Shown here: positions 23,981-37,233 of the stretch, in pieces
Layout: each line of letters opens with the position of its first letter
Position numbering within the stretch: the first letter of the stretch is position 1
Source: Strigamia acuminata
Lineage: Eukaryota
Direction: 5' to 3'
DNA: 64,000 nucleotides
Assembly: GCA_949358305.1 (NCBI GenBank)
Contig: OX442314.1
Span: 12,276,001 to 12,340,000, forward strand
The notes under the pieces: generated by a model
Database searches by the model: none
Seen by the model: the letters and a program-made list of their open reading frames with translations, nothing else
Told to the model about the DNA's origin: nothing
Translations under genes and position numbers: made by a program

Positions 23981-26074
23981 GTTTGCACGTCTGAAACTGA
24001 TATGGATAGTGTTTTATACAGGATCTTTTAGAAACCTTCATGATTTTTGCTTTTTTTAAAAAATGTTTCCCATAATACATTGCTTTGATAATCTCATTGT
24101 ACGAAACAAATGATGCTTTATAGCATTAGAGTTGACATTTTTTATCTAGCAATTGCTAGCTAAACAGTTACAACTTGAAAAACAATGTTGCAACAATGCT
24201 ACAGTGATAAAACATGTTTTATTGAATTAGCCATGGCCAGTTTTCAAATTTATCTGATATGGTTTTTAAAATATTGATTTAGTATAATATTCTGTAAATG
24301 TTGTAAAGACCAACTACCTGAAATTTGGGATAAAATTATGACCATGCTAGGTGTCAATAATGCAATACTTGCTAGTGAATATCATTTATTCCTGGTGAAA
24401 ATCAATTTTATGGGAAAAAATATTTTTTAAAAAAGACAGATTAAGGGGGCAGAGTGATGACTGTGCCGCAATCTAGAACTCTGTCTTGTCGGTCGAGTAG
24501 GTCTAGTAGGTGTGGTATTATTGTTGTTGGTATTTGCTGTTGTATTGGTTTGTGATTAACACGCGCATGTTGTGTTTTTGTTAATATCTGTTATTGCTTG
24601 TTTCTGAGAAGAGATGGCGCGGCTGTTGCATCCGATTGTACGAGTTTCCGTGGCATCCATTTCCGTTTCAATCACTTTCGTTTCGCCGATTGCTTCGGCA
24701 CACGTTTCTCTCATCTAAGAAAGACGTCAAAAATGTTTTCTCATAAACATTTTTATTTTACAATGTCATCGTACTAAAAAAAATTACAAAGGAAATTGTT
24801 TTCCATCGTGGCATTGTAAATTCCATCACTATTTCCGTCCTTGGCGCTGGTTTCCATTTCCATTTCGATGATTGTCTTGTTAAAGTTAAAATGTGTAAAA
24901 GCATAAAGTATTGTTCAAAACCCAAATTTGTGTTGCGTAATGAAATTGCTCATCTCATGTTTATTTTAGATTTGTGGGAAAAAAATGTGATAACTCTTTA
25001 TTTCCTGAAAATATTTACTGCAAACACTAATGCAAAGCAAACTGTGTAATACGTGGTAAAACGATCAAATAAAACAACCAACTGCAAATTTATCTGTAAG
25101 TGCTCAAAGAAATTGAAAAACAAAAAACGTAAATTTCTGTATTGATTTTTTGCAACTGGAATGGCAGAAATTGAATTTTGATAAATAAAAAAAAATGTTC
25201 ATGAATAGAATTCCAAGATTTTATTGTACCAATTGCTTTTAATGTTATAACTGGTAAAGATTCTATCAAGAAAACTATAAATACGTGACAGTCTTGTATT
25301 ATTATGCAATCATAACGTGTTCCACATTCCACATTCTGAATTTTATTTTAAAATACATTTTCTATGTTTCTTTCAACTGTTTTTTCCAATTAAAATTTTT
25401 TATTTATTTATTTTTTAAATATTTTTGGAATCGATTTATGGGCATGCCCGGATTAGTAGAAGGAAATACATTAATGGATAAAAAAATATTGATTGAACTT
25501 GTTAATATTTTTATTTTTTTTTCTTGGTTTAGAAAATAAATTGTAGAAAAATAAAAAAAAGCGAGGAAAAAGTTTGCATCGATTAGTTGACGAAACAGAT
25601 GGTTTGTGTGTGTGTTTTAGTGACACCGAGAAATTTCTGGCAGCAAGTAAAACTGCGTCGACTTTACTCTAATTATTGTTACATTTAAACCGTCCTCGAA
25701 ATGTAATCTGGCCTTGTTGGCGTGAATGACACTTTGCGAGAAAAGATGTCACATTTCGTTCTTGAGGAAGAACATTTGCAAAGAAATTGTATACTTGCAA
25801 ATAATTATACTGGATGAAAATAGTTTTGCGTCGTAAATTCGACACTAAGGGACTTAACATGCCTTTACCCCAGTTTTTTCCTCACTCGTTGCAGGAAGTC
25901 AAAGGAATCTGGGCAAAAAGGGCTGTAAAAATGTTTTTATCGTTTCATCATTCAAATAAGTTGGAAAAATGTTCTTCACTGAAGTGTTTGGTAACATCAC
26001 TCTGAGACGAGTGAAGTTTGAATGAAAAAAAAAGTAGTAAAAATTTTGAAATTTGACGTTTTCCAACAATTTGT

Positions 26075-26530
26075 GGGAAAATTCTAAAATTTGGCAAAAT
26101 ATTTTTTTTTTACATTTTAGGATTTGTCAAAATATTTTTTTTTTTAAATTTTAGAATTTGTTAAAATATTTTATTTAAAAATTTAGAATTTTTCTAAATA
26201 TTTTTTTAAAAAATTTAGAATTTTTCTAAATATTTTTTTAAAAAATTTAGAATTTGTCTAAATATTTTTTTTAAATTCTAGAATTTGTCAAAATGTTTTT
26301 TAAAAATTCTAAAATTTGTCAAAATATATTTTTTAAATTCTTGACCTTTAAATTCTTGATTTTAAAAATTCTAAATATTTTTCAAAATCTTTTTCAGAAA
26401 TTCAAAAATAAATCAAAATATTTTTTAAAAATTCTAAAATAAGTCAAAATATTTTTCAAAAATTCTAAAATAAATCAAAACACTTTTAAAAAATTCTCAA
26501 ATTTATCAAACATTTCTCAAATTTGTCATT
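26075..26530. repeat. About 30-31-bp AT-rich minisatellite
   Basis: Unit approximately ATTCTAAAATTTGTCAAAATATTTTTTTAAA repeated head to tail with gradual drift. Confidence 0.85.
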
Positions 26531-27779
26531 AAACTAAAAAAACTCAAGATTTTACTAAAGAAAACCCCCATTTTCAAGCGGCTCGTAGATCGTATCCGAA
26601 TGTCAACTTTAATACACCTAAATTGCTATTTCTTCAATAAGACAGCTTGTATTCTGACAACAGTTGCTATTGGATACAAACACAATTACTTGAAATTCTC
26701 GTAACGGTCAGCAAAGAAAATTATATGTTAGTAACTAATACCGAAGTCCGATCGAAAGTAATTGAGAATGGAGTTAAGGCGGAACCTGGGTCAAAGGCTG
26801 ATTGTCAAGTTGAGTGAAACAACCTATTCACCCTCTATTGTCTTGCCCGAATGTCCACTAGGTGATAAAACTGTCCGAAACTCCATTAAAATGCATTACA
26901 ATGTGTTTTAGTCGTTGACTGTTGTGCACTCTTCTTATTTCATGAGTTATGTCATTATGAAATGTGTGCATTCGCTTTGACCTGTACTTGAACCTCGTGG
27001 GGTAATTTCCTGTCTCTTTCAACGGAGACAAAGACCTGAGTGAGGCAGTTTGTGTACTGGGCTCTTGATTGGCGAGTTGAGTCTTCAATCTCCCTATTGT
27101 GAAACATTACACAAAGGGAGTGAGGAAAATGAAAAGTTTTCAACAAAAAATTATAAAGAAATCATCAAAGAAGCAGTTTTTTCTCTTTGCTCATGACACG
27201 TGATTTTTGAATGTAATGTAATGAGAGTTTAATGAGGAAAGCCGTTCCTTTTCCGGGGTGATTGAAGGTACTAATTAAAATTTGCGGTTTTCCCGCTTTT
27301 AGGCAAGATCTCTCAATGTTTAATATGGAATTTTGTCAAAAGAATATTTCATTGATTTTCTTTCATCAACATTATATTACTGTTTCAAAACTATTAATTC
27401 TCTTTTTTTTACCTTTTTTTTTTTTCTTCTTTTCTAATTATCTGGCAGATGTCCAAATGAGTTTCTCTGATTTGTAATCCCCTCCCAGCTAATTTCTTCG
27501 AGGATTGATAGAAGGAATTTTGTTGCTATGGGGATAGCACGGCGTATTGAAAACATTTTTGTTGTAACTTCAGTAATTGTTTTTCAATCACTGCAATATA
27601 TCCGAATAAACTTTTTTGTCGGGGGGGGGGGGGGGGGGGTGCCAAAGGGCACTTGCCCACTTGATAGATTTTTGCATCTAGGGGCCGGATCATTAAGGGA
27701 GTTCAAGGGGCAAATGCCCCGGTCACCCGGGATTGAAAAAATCCGCTGGAAGTGCTGGAACACGGGTATACGTACAAAA

Positions 27780-28300
27780 TGCATTTTTGTCCAAAAAAGG
27801 GTGTTTTTTTTTTTTCCAAAAATGGGTGTTTTTGTCCAAAAATGGATGTTTTTGTTCAATAATGGGTGTTTTTGTCTAATAATGGGTGTTTTTGTCCAAT
27901 AATGGGTGTTTTTGTCCAATAATGAGTGTTTTGTCCAATAATGGGTGCTTACTGTATATGTTCAAAGAGGCATTTTTTTTAAATCCAAAAATGCATTTCT
28001 TGTTTTAAAAATGCATTTTTTGTTTAAAAAATGCATTATTCTTGTTTTCAAAATGCATAATTTTTAGCCAGAAAATATTTTATTTTACCGGAAAATGCGT
28101 TTATTTCACAAGAAAATTTATTATTTTTACTAGAAAATGCACTATTTTATTGGAAATTCACTATTTTGCTGGAAAATGCACTATTTTACTGGAAAATGCA
28201 CTATTTTACTGGAAAATTCACTATTTTACTGAAAAATGCAATTTATTGAGCTCAAAAGGAATTTATTACCCATAAAATTTTATTTTTACGCTTGCAAATA
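27780..28300. repeat. Compound 20-bp minisatellite inside a probable hAT-like element (about 27680-28580)
   Basis: Units AATGGGTGTTTTTGTCCAAT then GGAAAATGCACTATTTTACT; flanked by TAGGGGCCGGATC and AATCCGCCCCTG. Confidence 0.8.
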
Positions 28301-30822
28301 CATTTGTTTTTCTAGAAAATATCATTTCTGAACATCCAGATTAGGTTCCCTTTTTGCAGGCCTCTTTTGAAAGAATTGCAAAAAAAAAAAAATTAAAAAA
28401 AATTTTTTTTCTGAAACATTTTCTTGAGCAAATATTCTTTGGAGAACTGAGAATCTATAAATCTGCTCCATCCTGATCCATGGACGAGAGGGGTCCGTCA
28501 GCGCTCCGGGCCCCCGAAGCCGTAATCCTACTGCATCTATACTTGCACATAGTAAAATCCATCGCTTTAATCCGCCCCTGATTTCCCCGATCCAAATTTA
28601 CACTTGCAAAAGGTGTTACTAGGTGTAAAGTTGTCCCAGAGTGCCTGACAGTGGCCCATTTGCACCTAAAATACTTTTTATTCTTTTTCGAGTGTCGAAT
28701 GGAATCAAGAAATGTCCCATATTATGTTTCTTCCCATAAATGGCGTGCTGACGCCAAGTTTGAAATAGAAAAGGCAACGTGATGATGAGAATCTGCTTGA
28801 AAACATTTCTTTCTCATCCTGCAAATATAAAGAAGTGTGGGCGCAGTAATGGGAGTCACTAAAAGGTAAGTTGGCAAGAAGCCAATCGAGAATCGCTAGT
28901 GGGTTCCCTCAAGCCATTGATATGCCGATGGAAAAGCATTTCCGTTACACGACAAAGCAACAAAAAAGGTGACAAAGTGTGACATTTGCAAATCTTGACC
29001 ACGGGAGGATTTTCTCGGTGTGTTTATGGGTAATTCATGAAGTTGGGTAAAGAATGAAAGTTTTGGTACTATAAGATAACTTATATATATATTTTTTAAA
29101 GGTTGGACTATGGTGTAAGGTATCATTTGTGCCAGGCTTGGCGCCAATTTCACGAGGTTCTTTTGGGTGGCGATGGTTTTACGGGCGACAATGAGGTTCC
29201 TTCTCTCTCTCTCTTCTCGTTTTCTCGTTTAGAGAATTGTCAAGCGCAGTATCGAGCGCTCCAATGAATACTGATGGTTTTGTCCAATGTCGGACTAAGT
29301 TCTTGTTGGATGGTAACGTCGAGTGACATTCATAGATGGTCGTTACTCGCTTGTGCGAGTTTGAGCAAATGAGTTGAAGATGAAGCAGATGGTAGTTTTC
29401 AAGTCTTTCGAGGTTGGAATGGTAGAAGAGAAAAATTGGACAATAAATATTATTCTGTTGTTTGCTGTTTGCTGTTTTATTCGGCATTGGTAGGACACGG
29501 GAAGCTTGAAATTTTCCGCACGGATGTATTAAAAATAAATACTGTATTTTTGCAAAAGTACGATGAACACACGCTTTATCTCAAAATGGTCTCTTGAGGG
29601 ATTTCTGTCTTTTTATTTTGATAAAACAGTAATTAACCATTAATTTTTTTTCTTCTGCAGAACTCTTATATAGATTATGTGCAATTTTGAGCACAATCTT
29701 TTGTGATGGAGCGTAAGGGGATGAGTTACAATGCGGATTGTGGAGTTGTTGGGTGGAGCAACAAAGGTTTGCACTTATCTAGAAAGGAAAATACCGGGGT
29801 AAAGGGAAAGGTGGAAATGCGTGTAGTTTTGATTTTTTTTGGGAAAAGATGATAAAATGTTGTCCAGAAAGTAGAGATGGAAAGAAATCGAAGGCGTATC
29901 GCGAATCACACATGCTATCCGTGTCAAGTTTTGCCAATGACGTTTAAGTTCGGATATAAGCCGTTTCTTTTCTTATCTCTGCTTGTGCAGGCCGATATGT
30001 ACAGAATTTTGAAGTATCTACTGTTTGTTTGTTGGATTTAATGTTTGTTTTATTTCGAATGTGGAAATTATTTCTATTTTTTCGCTTTCAAAAGTGAGTG
30101 CCATCTTTGTATTTTGAGAAATGAATCGGTTGAACCGGTCTAGTTTTTTTAGACTCGTAGTTGTCTGACGTCATGGCGGCACGGGAGACGGGACGGGAAA
30201 GTGGTCGTTAAGTTTTCCAACTTTATATTTTTGTTAGAAATAACTTAAATTATGTTTTAAAATATTTATTAGCTGCTGCACATAAATGTGTAATGCCGTG
30301 ATGGTGAGTAAACAAGCGAAAATTTATCTTTTTAAAGCTGATTTCTATCGTTTGCGATGAATTATTCAAAATGGCTTTTACGAGGAAATTATTTTTATTA
30401 TTCACTTAATTTGTCTTCCAGCTTTACAAATTACAACCAAGGAGCCAATATAGCACTTCGCCTTCAATGTTTAACTCACAAAATTGAATGATAATAACCA
30501 CCGGAGCGCCGTGATGAAACTAAAAATTCGATTGAAAATGATGGCCGCCATTACTATGACATCATACAAAAAAACCAACAGTAAATTAGACTTTATTTTG
30601 TCTCGAATAATTAACGCAGTGTGAAATTAGTCTCGATATCAATTTGCACCATTAACTGTCCTCCGTGATTAATATTTGGCGGCTATTCATAACTTTTCAA
30701 CTATTGAGAGACGAGCGTAATGAGTTCTCTCTCAAGTGTGAGATGATGCGCAGTGGAGGTGGATGCGTCTCGCTCTGTTCTCGTTAATGAGGTATACCAC
30801 ATAATTAGTCAACTGGAACTTC

Positions 30823-30916
30823 AGTCATTGCAGGCTCAAGTTTTCGCTGCTTATTTGGGATTCGATCGATGGAACAGTTTGGAGTTTGCGGATTTGTTTT
30901 CAAGTCTTAATGTTAG
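30823..30916 (+). other. Candidate alternative non-coding first exon
   Basis: GA-rich upstream patch, Inr-like TCAGTC at 30821-30826, possible donors at 30912 or 30917 about 110 nt before the acceptor at 31023. Confidence 0.3.
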
Positions 30917-31023
30917 GTTGGGATTGATTTGTCTAAGCCAACTATAGTGTCAATTTTCTGTGTGAAACATTTTGTTAAAATTAAATCACTAATTAAATTT
31001 TATTTTGTTTTATTTTTTTATAG

Positions 31024-31076
31024 GACAATTGTTTGGTGTTATTTGCTGGTTCTGTCATCTGAACTGCTAAGATAAA
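31024..31076 (+). other. Candidate 53-nt internal (5' UTR) exon
   Basis: Long T-rich tract plus TAG acceptor (31021-31023), branch-like CACTAAT about 35 nt upstream, consensus donor GTAAGT at 31077; no ATG inside. Confidence 0.55.
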
Positions 31077-31320
31077 GTAAGTAATGTTTTATTTTTTTAA
31101 ATAATTTAGCTGTAAATGAGGAAATTATTGCTTGATTGAATGCATGAACATGTTTATTTAATTCTGTTGGAGGTCCAGTTTTGAAGTAGTTTTGTGGTGT
31201 CGTCTCTCTTTGATTCTGAGATGTTATTGATTGTAAGACTATACCAACATGAAAAAAGCTTTGATTCGAAGGTTCTGAGATGAACCAAGTTTTTAGAGAC
31301 GTTTATTTGGGGGAAAAACA

Positions 31321-31523
31321 GGCAGAATGACGGTTTACGGGCGACCCGAAAAAGAAGTGGTTTGCATAAAAAAACCAGCAAGGTGAGGTTCGCGGGGGGT
31401 CAAGGGGGGGCGCAGCCCCCCCTTGTTAGCCCTTCTTGGGGTTTTAATTTTTAATTTTTTCTTTAATTTGAACTGAATTTAATAAACTTGATTTTCGGGT
31501 CGCCCGTAAACCGTCATTCTACC
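31321..31523. mobile_element. Merlin-like MITE
   Basis: 32-bp inverted repeats GG(C/T)AGAATGACGGTTTACGGGCGACCCGAAAA; perfect 8-bp target duplication GAAAAACA (31313-31320, 31524-31531). GG ends with an 8-bp TSD fit the Merlin superfamily. Confidence 0.85.
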
Positions 31524-32414
31524 GAAAAACATTACGGTAGTTGATTTTTATCTTTTTTCTTCTCTTTGTTTCTGGGAAGGTTTGAATTTGAATGAGTCTG
31601 ATAATTGAGTTTGATCTTGTTCTGAAGCATTTTTTTTTAAATAAAATTTATTTTCTTTAGCAATTTGCATTCACAAAGATGGTGAATGTATGAATTGAGT
31701 TAAGCGAGACGTTTCAAATATAATTTAATAGTAATGTTATCACTATTAATCAAGTTGAAATTGACATACCAACTATCAGCACAACTTTAATGGTTTTAAA
31801 AACAACACAAGCAAGACTTTCATTGAAATGATAAAACTTTGTTTTTCATTGCCAAAAGAAATACTGTAAATCCTCTCGTAGTGCACCCGAACACTATTGG
31901 CAGAATCAATTTCAACCCGTGTCCTGTTGGAGACTCTTGCAGTGATTAACTGAAAAAATTACTTTTTAAGATATTAAATTAAATTAAATTTATTCCATCC
32001 AAAAATTTAAAAGTCATTTGTTTTTAGCCACACTTTATAAAAGACTCGCGCACTAATTACTCATTTTAAATTTTCCCACAGTCTAATGGAGGCTTGCACC
32101 CAATGAGAGGATTTACGATAAGTAGAATAGAAGTGAGTATTCCATACGGCAGTGGCGGAACTTCGAATTTTTGGCTGCCCCAAGTAAAACGGCAATCATA
32201 TTATGCGATTGATTGGTTCTGCAAAATCGTGGTGTAAATCGAAATTGGGAATATGTGCTCATGGTTGTTAGGGCATACTGTCGGCGCCTGGTATCTTGAT
32301 GCCCTAAATTAAACTGAAAAATCTTTGTGTGCATACCTACATGCAACAAATAGATAATTTTTAGAAATAATAATAATAACAGGGAATGGCAATATTCACT
32401 TTTGTGCAGTAGAC

Positions 32415-32701
32415 CAGGGGTTCCCAAACTTTTTAGTATCGCGCCCCACTTTTTAAGCAATGCGATCTTCTGCGCCCCACTTCATCTACCAGTGCATTAA
32501 ATTTTTAAAAAATATACTACTAAAATGAAAAAAATAAATTTTTATATAATTTTGCATGAAACTTTGTATAATTTTTTATATAATTTTATATACTTTTGGT
32601 TAAAAATTTACAAAAGTTTGCAAAATAAGCTTGTTTTATTTAAGCATGTATAATGGGTGCGCCCCACCAGTGAGGCGCGCCTCACCGTTTGGGAAACCCT
32701 G
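32415..32701. mobile_element. hAT (Charlie-like) MITE
   Basis: CAGGGGTTCCCAAAC ... GTTTGGGAAACCCTG; 8-bp TSD CAGTAGAC / CAGTAGAG with central TA. Confidence 0.88.
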
Positions 32702-32704
32702 CAG

Positions 32705-33140
32705 TAGAGCATTGGAAAATTATGACATAATGCAATTTAACACCGCCCACAATAAGCAAACTACAAATTAACAATATTATAATAGGGGGTTTCATAAATG
32801 ATGCGCTGAAGGCGCTGAAGCGATTATGACGATTATTCTGCTGAAGCGATTATCATGTGACTAGCGTGGGCCAATCACATGAATAATCGCTTCAGTGTTT
32901 CAGCACTTATTTATAATCACTTAAAAAGGAGCTTTTCATGCTTAAAACATAACATAACATAACCGGAAGTCATGTGACAGTAGTATAATCAATTGAACCT
33001 GGCGTGGGTCTTCAATAATAGAGTGATTGTGATTATTGGAATAATCACTTCGGCGCTTTCAGCGCATCATTTATGAAACCCCTTAATGTTATTTTGCAAT
33101 GGTTTTTTTCATAGAAGGGGGCCAACCATTGTTACGATCG
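32705..33140 (-). mobile_element. Second copy of host element A, interrupted by the MITE at 32785-33083
   Basis: Reverse complement aligns with 9400-9863 on both sides of the insert. Confidence 0.7.
32785..33083. mobile_element. MITE with GGGGTTTCATAAATGATGCGCTGAA inverted repeats, copy 1
   Basis: About 25-bp TIRs, TA on both flanks, highly similar to 35373-35680. Confidence 0.9.
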
Positions 33141-33372
33141 CGTGATCTTATCACCTGACTTCATTTTTCTAAAGATGTATTAAAATTTTTAGACTTTTGT
33201 GTTTTTGTGTGCTAAAAAAAGGAATTTAGTGTTTGAGTTTTTGCATCTAGATATTGGGTGTAGCCTCTGGATGCGCATGCTGAATTGGTTTCAGTAGGCT
33301 TTGCATTCATTTGTTAAGTTTTATTTTTTTCTAAATCCGAAAGTGAAAAGGCGTAAAATGAGATCGCATATA

Positions 33373-33624
33373 CTGTATTTTCTCGAGTAAGAGCTGCGGC
33401 TCTTAATACAATTGTTTACCATATTTTGATTAAAATTTCAATTTTTTCATTAAAATTTCACTTTTTTCATTAAAATTTCAATTTTTTCATTGAAATTTCA
33501 CTTTTTTTCATTGGAATTTCACTTTTTTTCATTTAAATTTTTGATTTCAAATTGCCTTTCTGAGGCGCGGCTACTGTTCGAGGGTGGCTACAAAACGAGG
33601 GCGACTCTCAATCAGAGATGCCTG
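33373..33624. mobile_element. CCGTA-family MITE carrying an internal 20-21-bp minisatellite
   Basis: CTGTATTTTCTCGAGTAAGAGCTGCGGC end and GCGGCTACTGTTCGAGGG motifs shared with 37234-37426 and 37614-37838; internal TTTTTCATTAAAATTTCA repeats. Confidence 0.65.
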
Positions 33625-35150
33625 TATGTATGTTATGCACCCAAAATAAAACCTGTATGGATTTAATGCAATCAGTAGTTCCGGCACTGTCTCAACATTC
33701 GTGCGTAGGAAGCAACTAGTTTCATTGCAAAACGAAAACTGACAAAGATTTTGTTACACATTACACGTTTCTTGAACCAGAGTTTAATCCGTAATTCAGA
33801 ATTATAAAAAAAAAATCTTTATTTTATCTCAAACTTCAACGTTGATCTTTTGACATAATCTTGGCACACAGACTTATCTCACAGAATTGAATGCGATGAT
33901 AGGGTCGAGATTAACTCGATGCTAAAGTGACATGCATACGAAACTAGAAGACATATATATATAAATAAAAATAAAAGTTTAAATAATCTTCACATTTCTC
34001 TTTCCTCGCTTTTCAGGAAGGAATAAAACAAGTTGAAGTTTTTTATACATTTTTTTTTATTTCACCCAATCGATTCATTTCTTGGCAAAGTTGGCCATTC
34101 TCTTTTGCCTTTAAGGCGAAACCTCATTCCCATGAGATTCTAACGCTGACCCAATTGGTGGCATGGGTGCCCAACTTCAGCTTATTGCGCCTCATCTTCT
34201 CTTATTTATAAGAGTAATTCAGCTCCATCAGGCCTTTCCTAATTTATTTTACCACTAAAACTTTTTTTTTTTACTTTATATGTATTTTGCTCCAATCAAT
34301 TGGCGGGCAGAATAAAACAAAATTGGAGAAAAGTAATAAAACAAAGCGAGAAAACGTTGAGATTGGTCACTGAATGTTTTATATTTGGAGAAAAAAGGAA
34401 AAAAAGAAAATTAGAATCATAATTCACTGACACGTGTAATTCCTTGTTCGATATTTTGCTTTTTTGAGAGCTGCGGCGCTTCACTCAAGGGGTTTGTTGC
34501 TTTTGTCTTTGCTATTATGTCGTCTCAAAGTCTCTGGAGGATTGTTTATGGTTTTTTAGGACGGCGGACAAAAGTTATAAAACTCGACAGAATGATTTTA
34601 GTGCGCTCCTGTAGGCAATGAGGAGAAGCATTGGGTTATTTAATGAGAGATAAAATTTTGCCGGCAGGAATTATAGCTTTGAATTGCGTGTTTTTGTACG
34701 GGGGGAAATGTGATCGAGTGAAATGGAAGAGATGTTGCGTTGAATTATGGGTTATTATTTCAGTTTCTTTCATTAAATTATAATGGGTCATAACCGAATA
34801 TAAAAGAGTGTGGGAAAGATGAGGGGAACCTGTCGTCTTCTCTCTGGGGATTGAATTAATCATTAAATAAATTCGCATATCCACTTCAGTAACGCCACAA
34901 AAGGTTTTCAATTTCCATGAGCGTAAAAAATGGAATATAAATAAAAGAATTTTGATATTCGAACTGAAGAACAACAATGCTTGTTTACACTAAAAATACC
35001 ATTAAACTAAAACGCTGAAAAAGATTGTCGGCACTTGTTGTGGTGACGCTGAAATTAAACTGGTTTGAAGTCCCGAAATGTTTTGATAATGAAAATCATT
35101 ATTAGTTTGTTTGTCCTTGCCGTTTGATCGTGTGTTGTGTGAATAGACTA

Positions 35151-35330
35151 GGCGCGTTCAATTTCAAATCGAAAAACCGATTATCTCGATTCTCTGGATT
35201 TTCTCAGACGGAAATGACGTAAAATGCGCCATATTTTGGTGAATCGGATTATGGAAAAACCGATTCTCGTCAATACTCGTTTACGTGTCGGCCATTTTTG
35301 AAATTTAATACATCGGCGGGATAAACTTTT
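35151..35330. mobile_element. Partial copy of the 9457-9793 MITE family
   Basis: GGCGCGTTCAATTTCAAATCGAAAAACCGATT matches the reverse complement of the 9793 end. Confidence 0.7.
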
Positions 35331-35372
35331 TGCAAAGACGTAATTTCTTATCAGGAAATGAGAATATAAATA

Positions 35373-35680
35373 GGGGGTTTTATAAATGATGCGCTGAAGG
35401 CGCTGAAGGCGCTGAAGCGATTATGACGATTATTTTGCTGAAGCGATTATCATGTGACTTGCGTGGGCCAATCACATGAATAATCGTTTCAGCGTTTCAA
35501 CGTTTATTTATAATCACTGAAAAAGGAGCTTTTCATGCTTAAAACATAACATATCATAACTGGAAGTCATGTGACAGTAGTATAATTAATTGAACCTGGC
35601 GTGGGTCTTCAATAATAGAGTGATTGTGATTATTGGAATAATCACTTCAGTGCTTTCAGCGCATCATTTATGAAACCCCT
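35373..35680. mobile_element. Same MITE family, copy 2
   Basis: Direct repeat of 32785-33083 with one extra GGCGCTGAA unit; TA on both flanks. Confidence 0.9.
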
Positions 35681-36474
35681 TATTATATTCATTTCCTGAA
35701 AAGTAATTATTTGCGAATTTATTACAATTGTTATAAATCTGCAAACTAGTTCTGGAATCAAGAGAAATTGATTTCAGAACACTTTAGTGTACATGCTAAA
35801 GATTTACTATTTTGATCTCCCTGCCAATCTTTTTTTTTTGTTTTAGTGTGAAATAAAATAGTAACCGGTACTGTTTTTATTCAAGAACTGACAACATGTT
35901 CTTTCTATCATTCACACTGAAAAATCGCTGTCTGTGCTCGCTTAAAGGCAAAAGATATATGATCTTTAGAAATAATAACCGGTAATGGCACTATTCACTT
36001 ATGTGCAATGTCCACACGGGACATGATTATCTGAAATAATAGCATTTGGCTAGATGCTCTTTGCTTTGTGATTTATAAATATATTTATCTGTCGCCCAAA
36101 AAACTACTCGAATAGAAAGTCTTTCCATAAATCAACTTACTGTGCATTTGACGGGCATTGCATCAAAATGGATTACGTAGATTGTTTACGTAGATTATTT
36201 CTGACAAACCTTTTGGTTATTTCTGTCGGTTAGGTGCACACCCTTATAAATGTGGGGATAGTAAGTACTTTTAAAGACTAATAGATGTAGTATTTTCAAA
36301 CCGAACGGCTAAAACAATTCGCTCGAATGAATGTCGAATCCAAGGAACTATAGAATTCAAGGAATTTCCTATCTCTCATTTGAAGAATTTGCAATGTTCG
36401 ATGTTTTCAAGAAATGGGAAATTTACTCTGCATATGCAGTGAACTGTTAAAGTTTTCTGGCATGTAAACACACG

Positions 36475-36720
36475 GGTGCATTCAAATAGGTTAAGACAAA
36501 TTTGCTTAAATATTTTCACTTACGGATATGACATTTTTTATATCAACAATGATGCAATTTGTACATGCTCGGTTAAACAATCATTCAGATGTCAGCTGCA
36601 AACGAACCTGAGCTTTAGTAATAAAATTTCATTTAAGCAGTTTGAATAATTCGTCGTTTATTTGACTTATTTTGCTTATTTTTATTTATTTAAGCAGATT
36701 GTAAGTGTTTTGAATGCACT
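36475..36720. mobile_element. MITE with GGTGCATTCAAA-type ends
   Basis: GGTGCATTCAAA ... TTTGAATGCACT; related end at about 61920. Confidence 0.5.
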
Positions 36721-37233
36721 TACATTAGTGATAGTAAAAAAAAAGAAAAATCGGGTCATTTTGTAGTATGTGCATCCAATAAATCATTTAAATGAGCGCG
36801 ATTTATTTACGCGAGTGCAAATGGCTTTTTTTTTACATTTAAAACAGGCGATTTGCACTCGTGTAAAGGCTTAGCGAAAATGTTGGGTTGTTTTGGCGCA
36901 ATGTTTGCAGTTGGATAAATTTTTCCAGCAGGGGAAAAATCCTTTAAAGTTTTAAAGCAACAACTGGTGTCAGTGTATGACACCAAGAGTCAATACAATA
37001 ACAATCGAGCTAGTTGCCAAGCAACTTCAGTTTAAACAAACAAACATCATTGATTAAATGGACATATCAATTGCTATTAACTTATTAATATTTAACAAGT
37101 ACAATAATTTGTTTCCTCCTAAAACCAGACATTATTTTAGCGTGTTAAAACACTGGCTGCTTTCGAAATATCAAGACTAAAAAAATGTTAATTTGATCTG
37201 GTCAGCATAATTGAGTTTTTTCAATCCAACTTA

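Noticed and set aside
26575..26816. About 80 codons with a single stop on the + strand
   Set aside because: No recognisable domain and no convincing splice sites.
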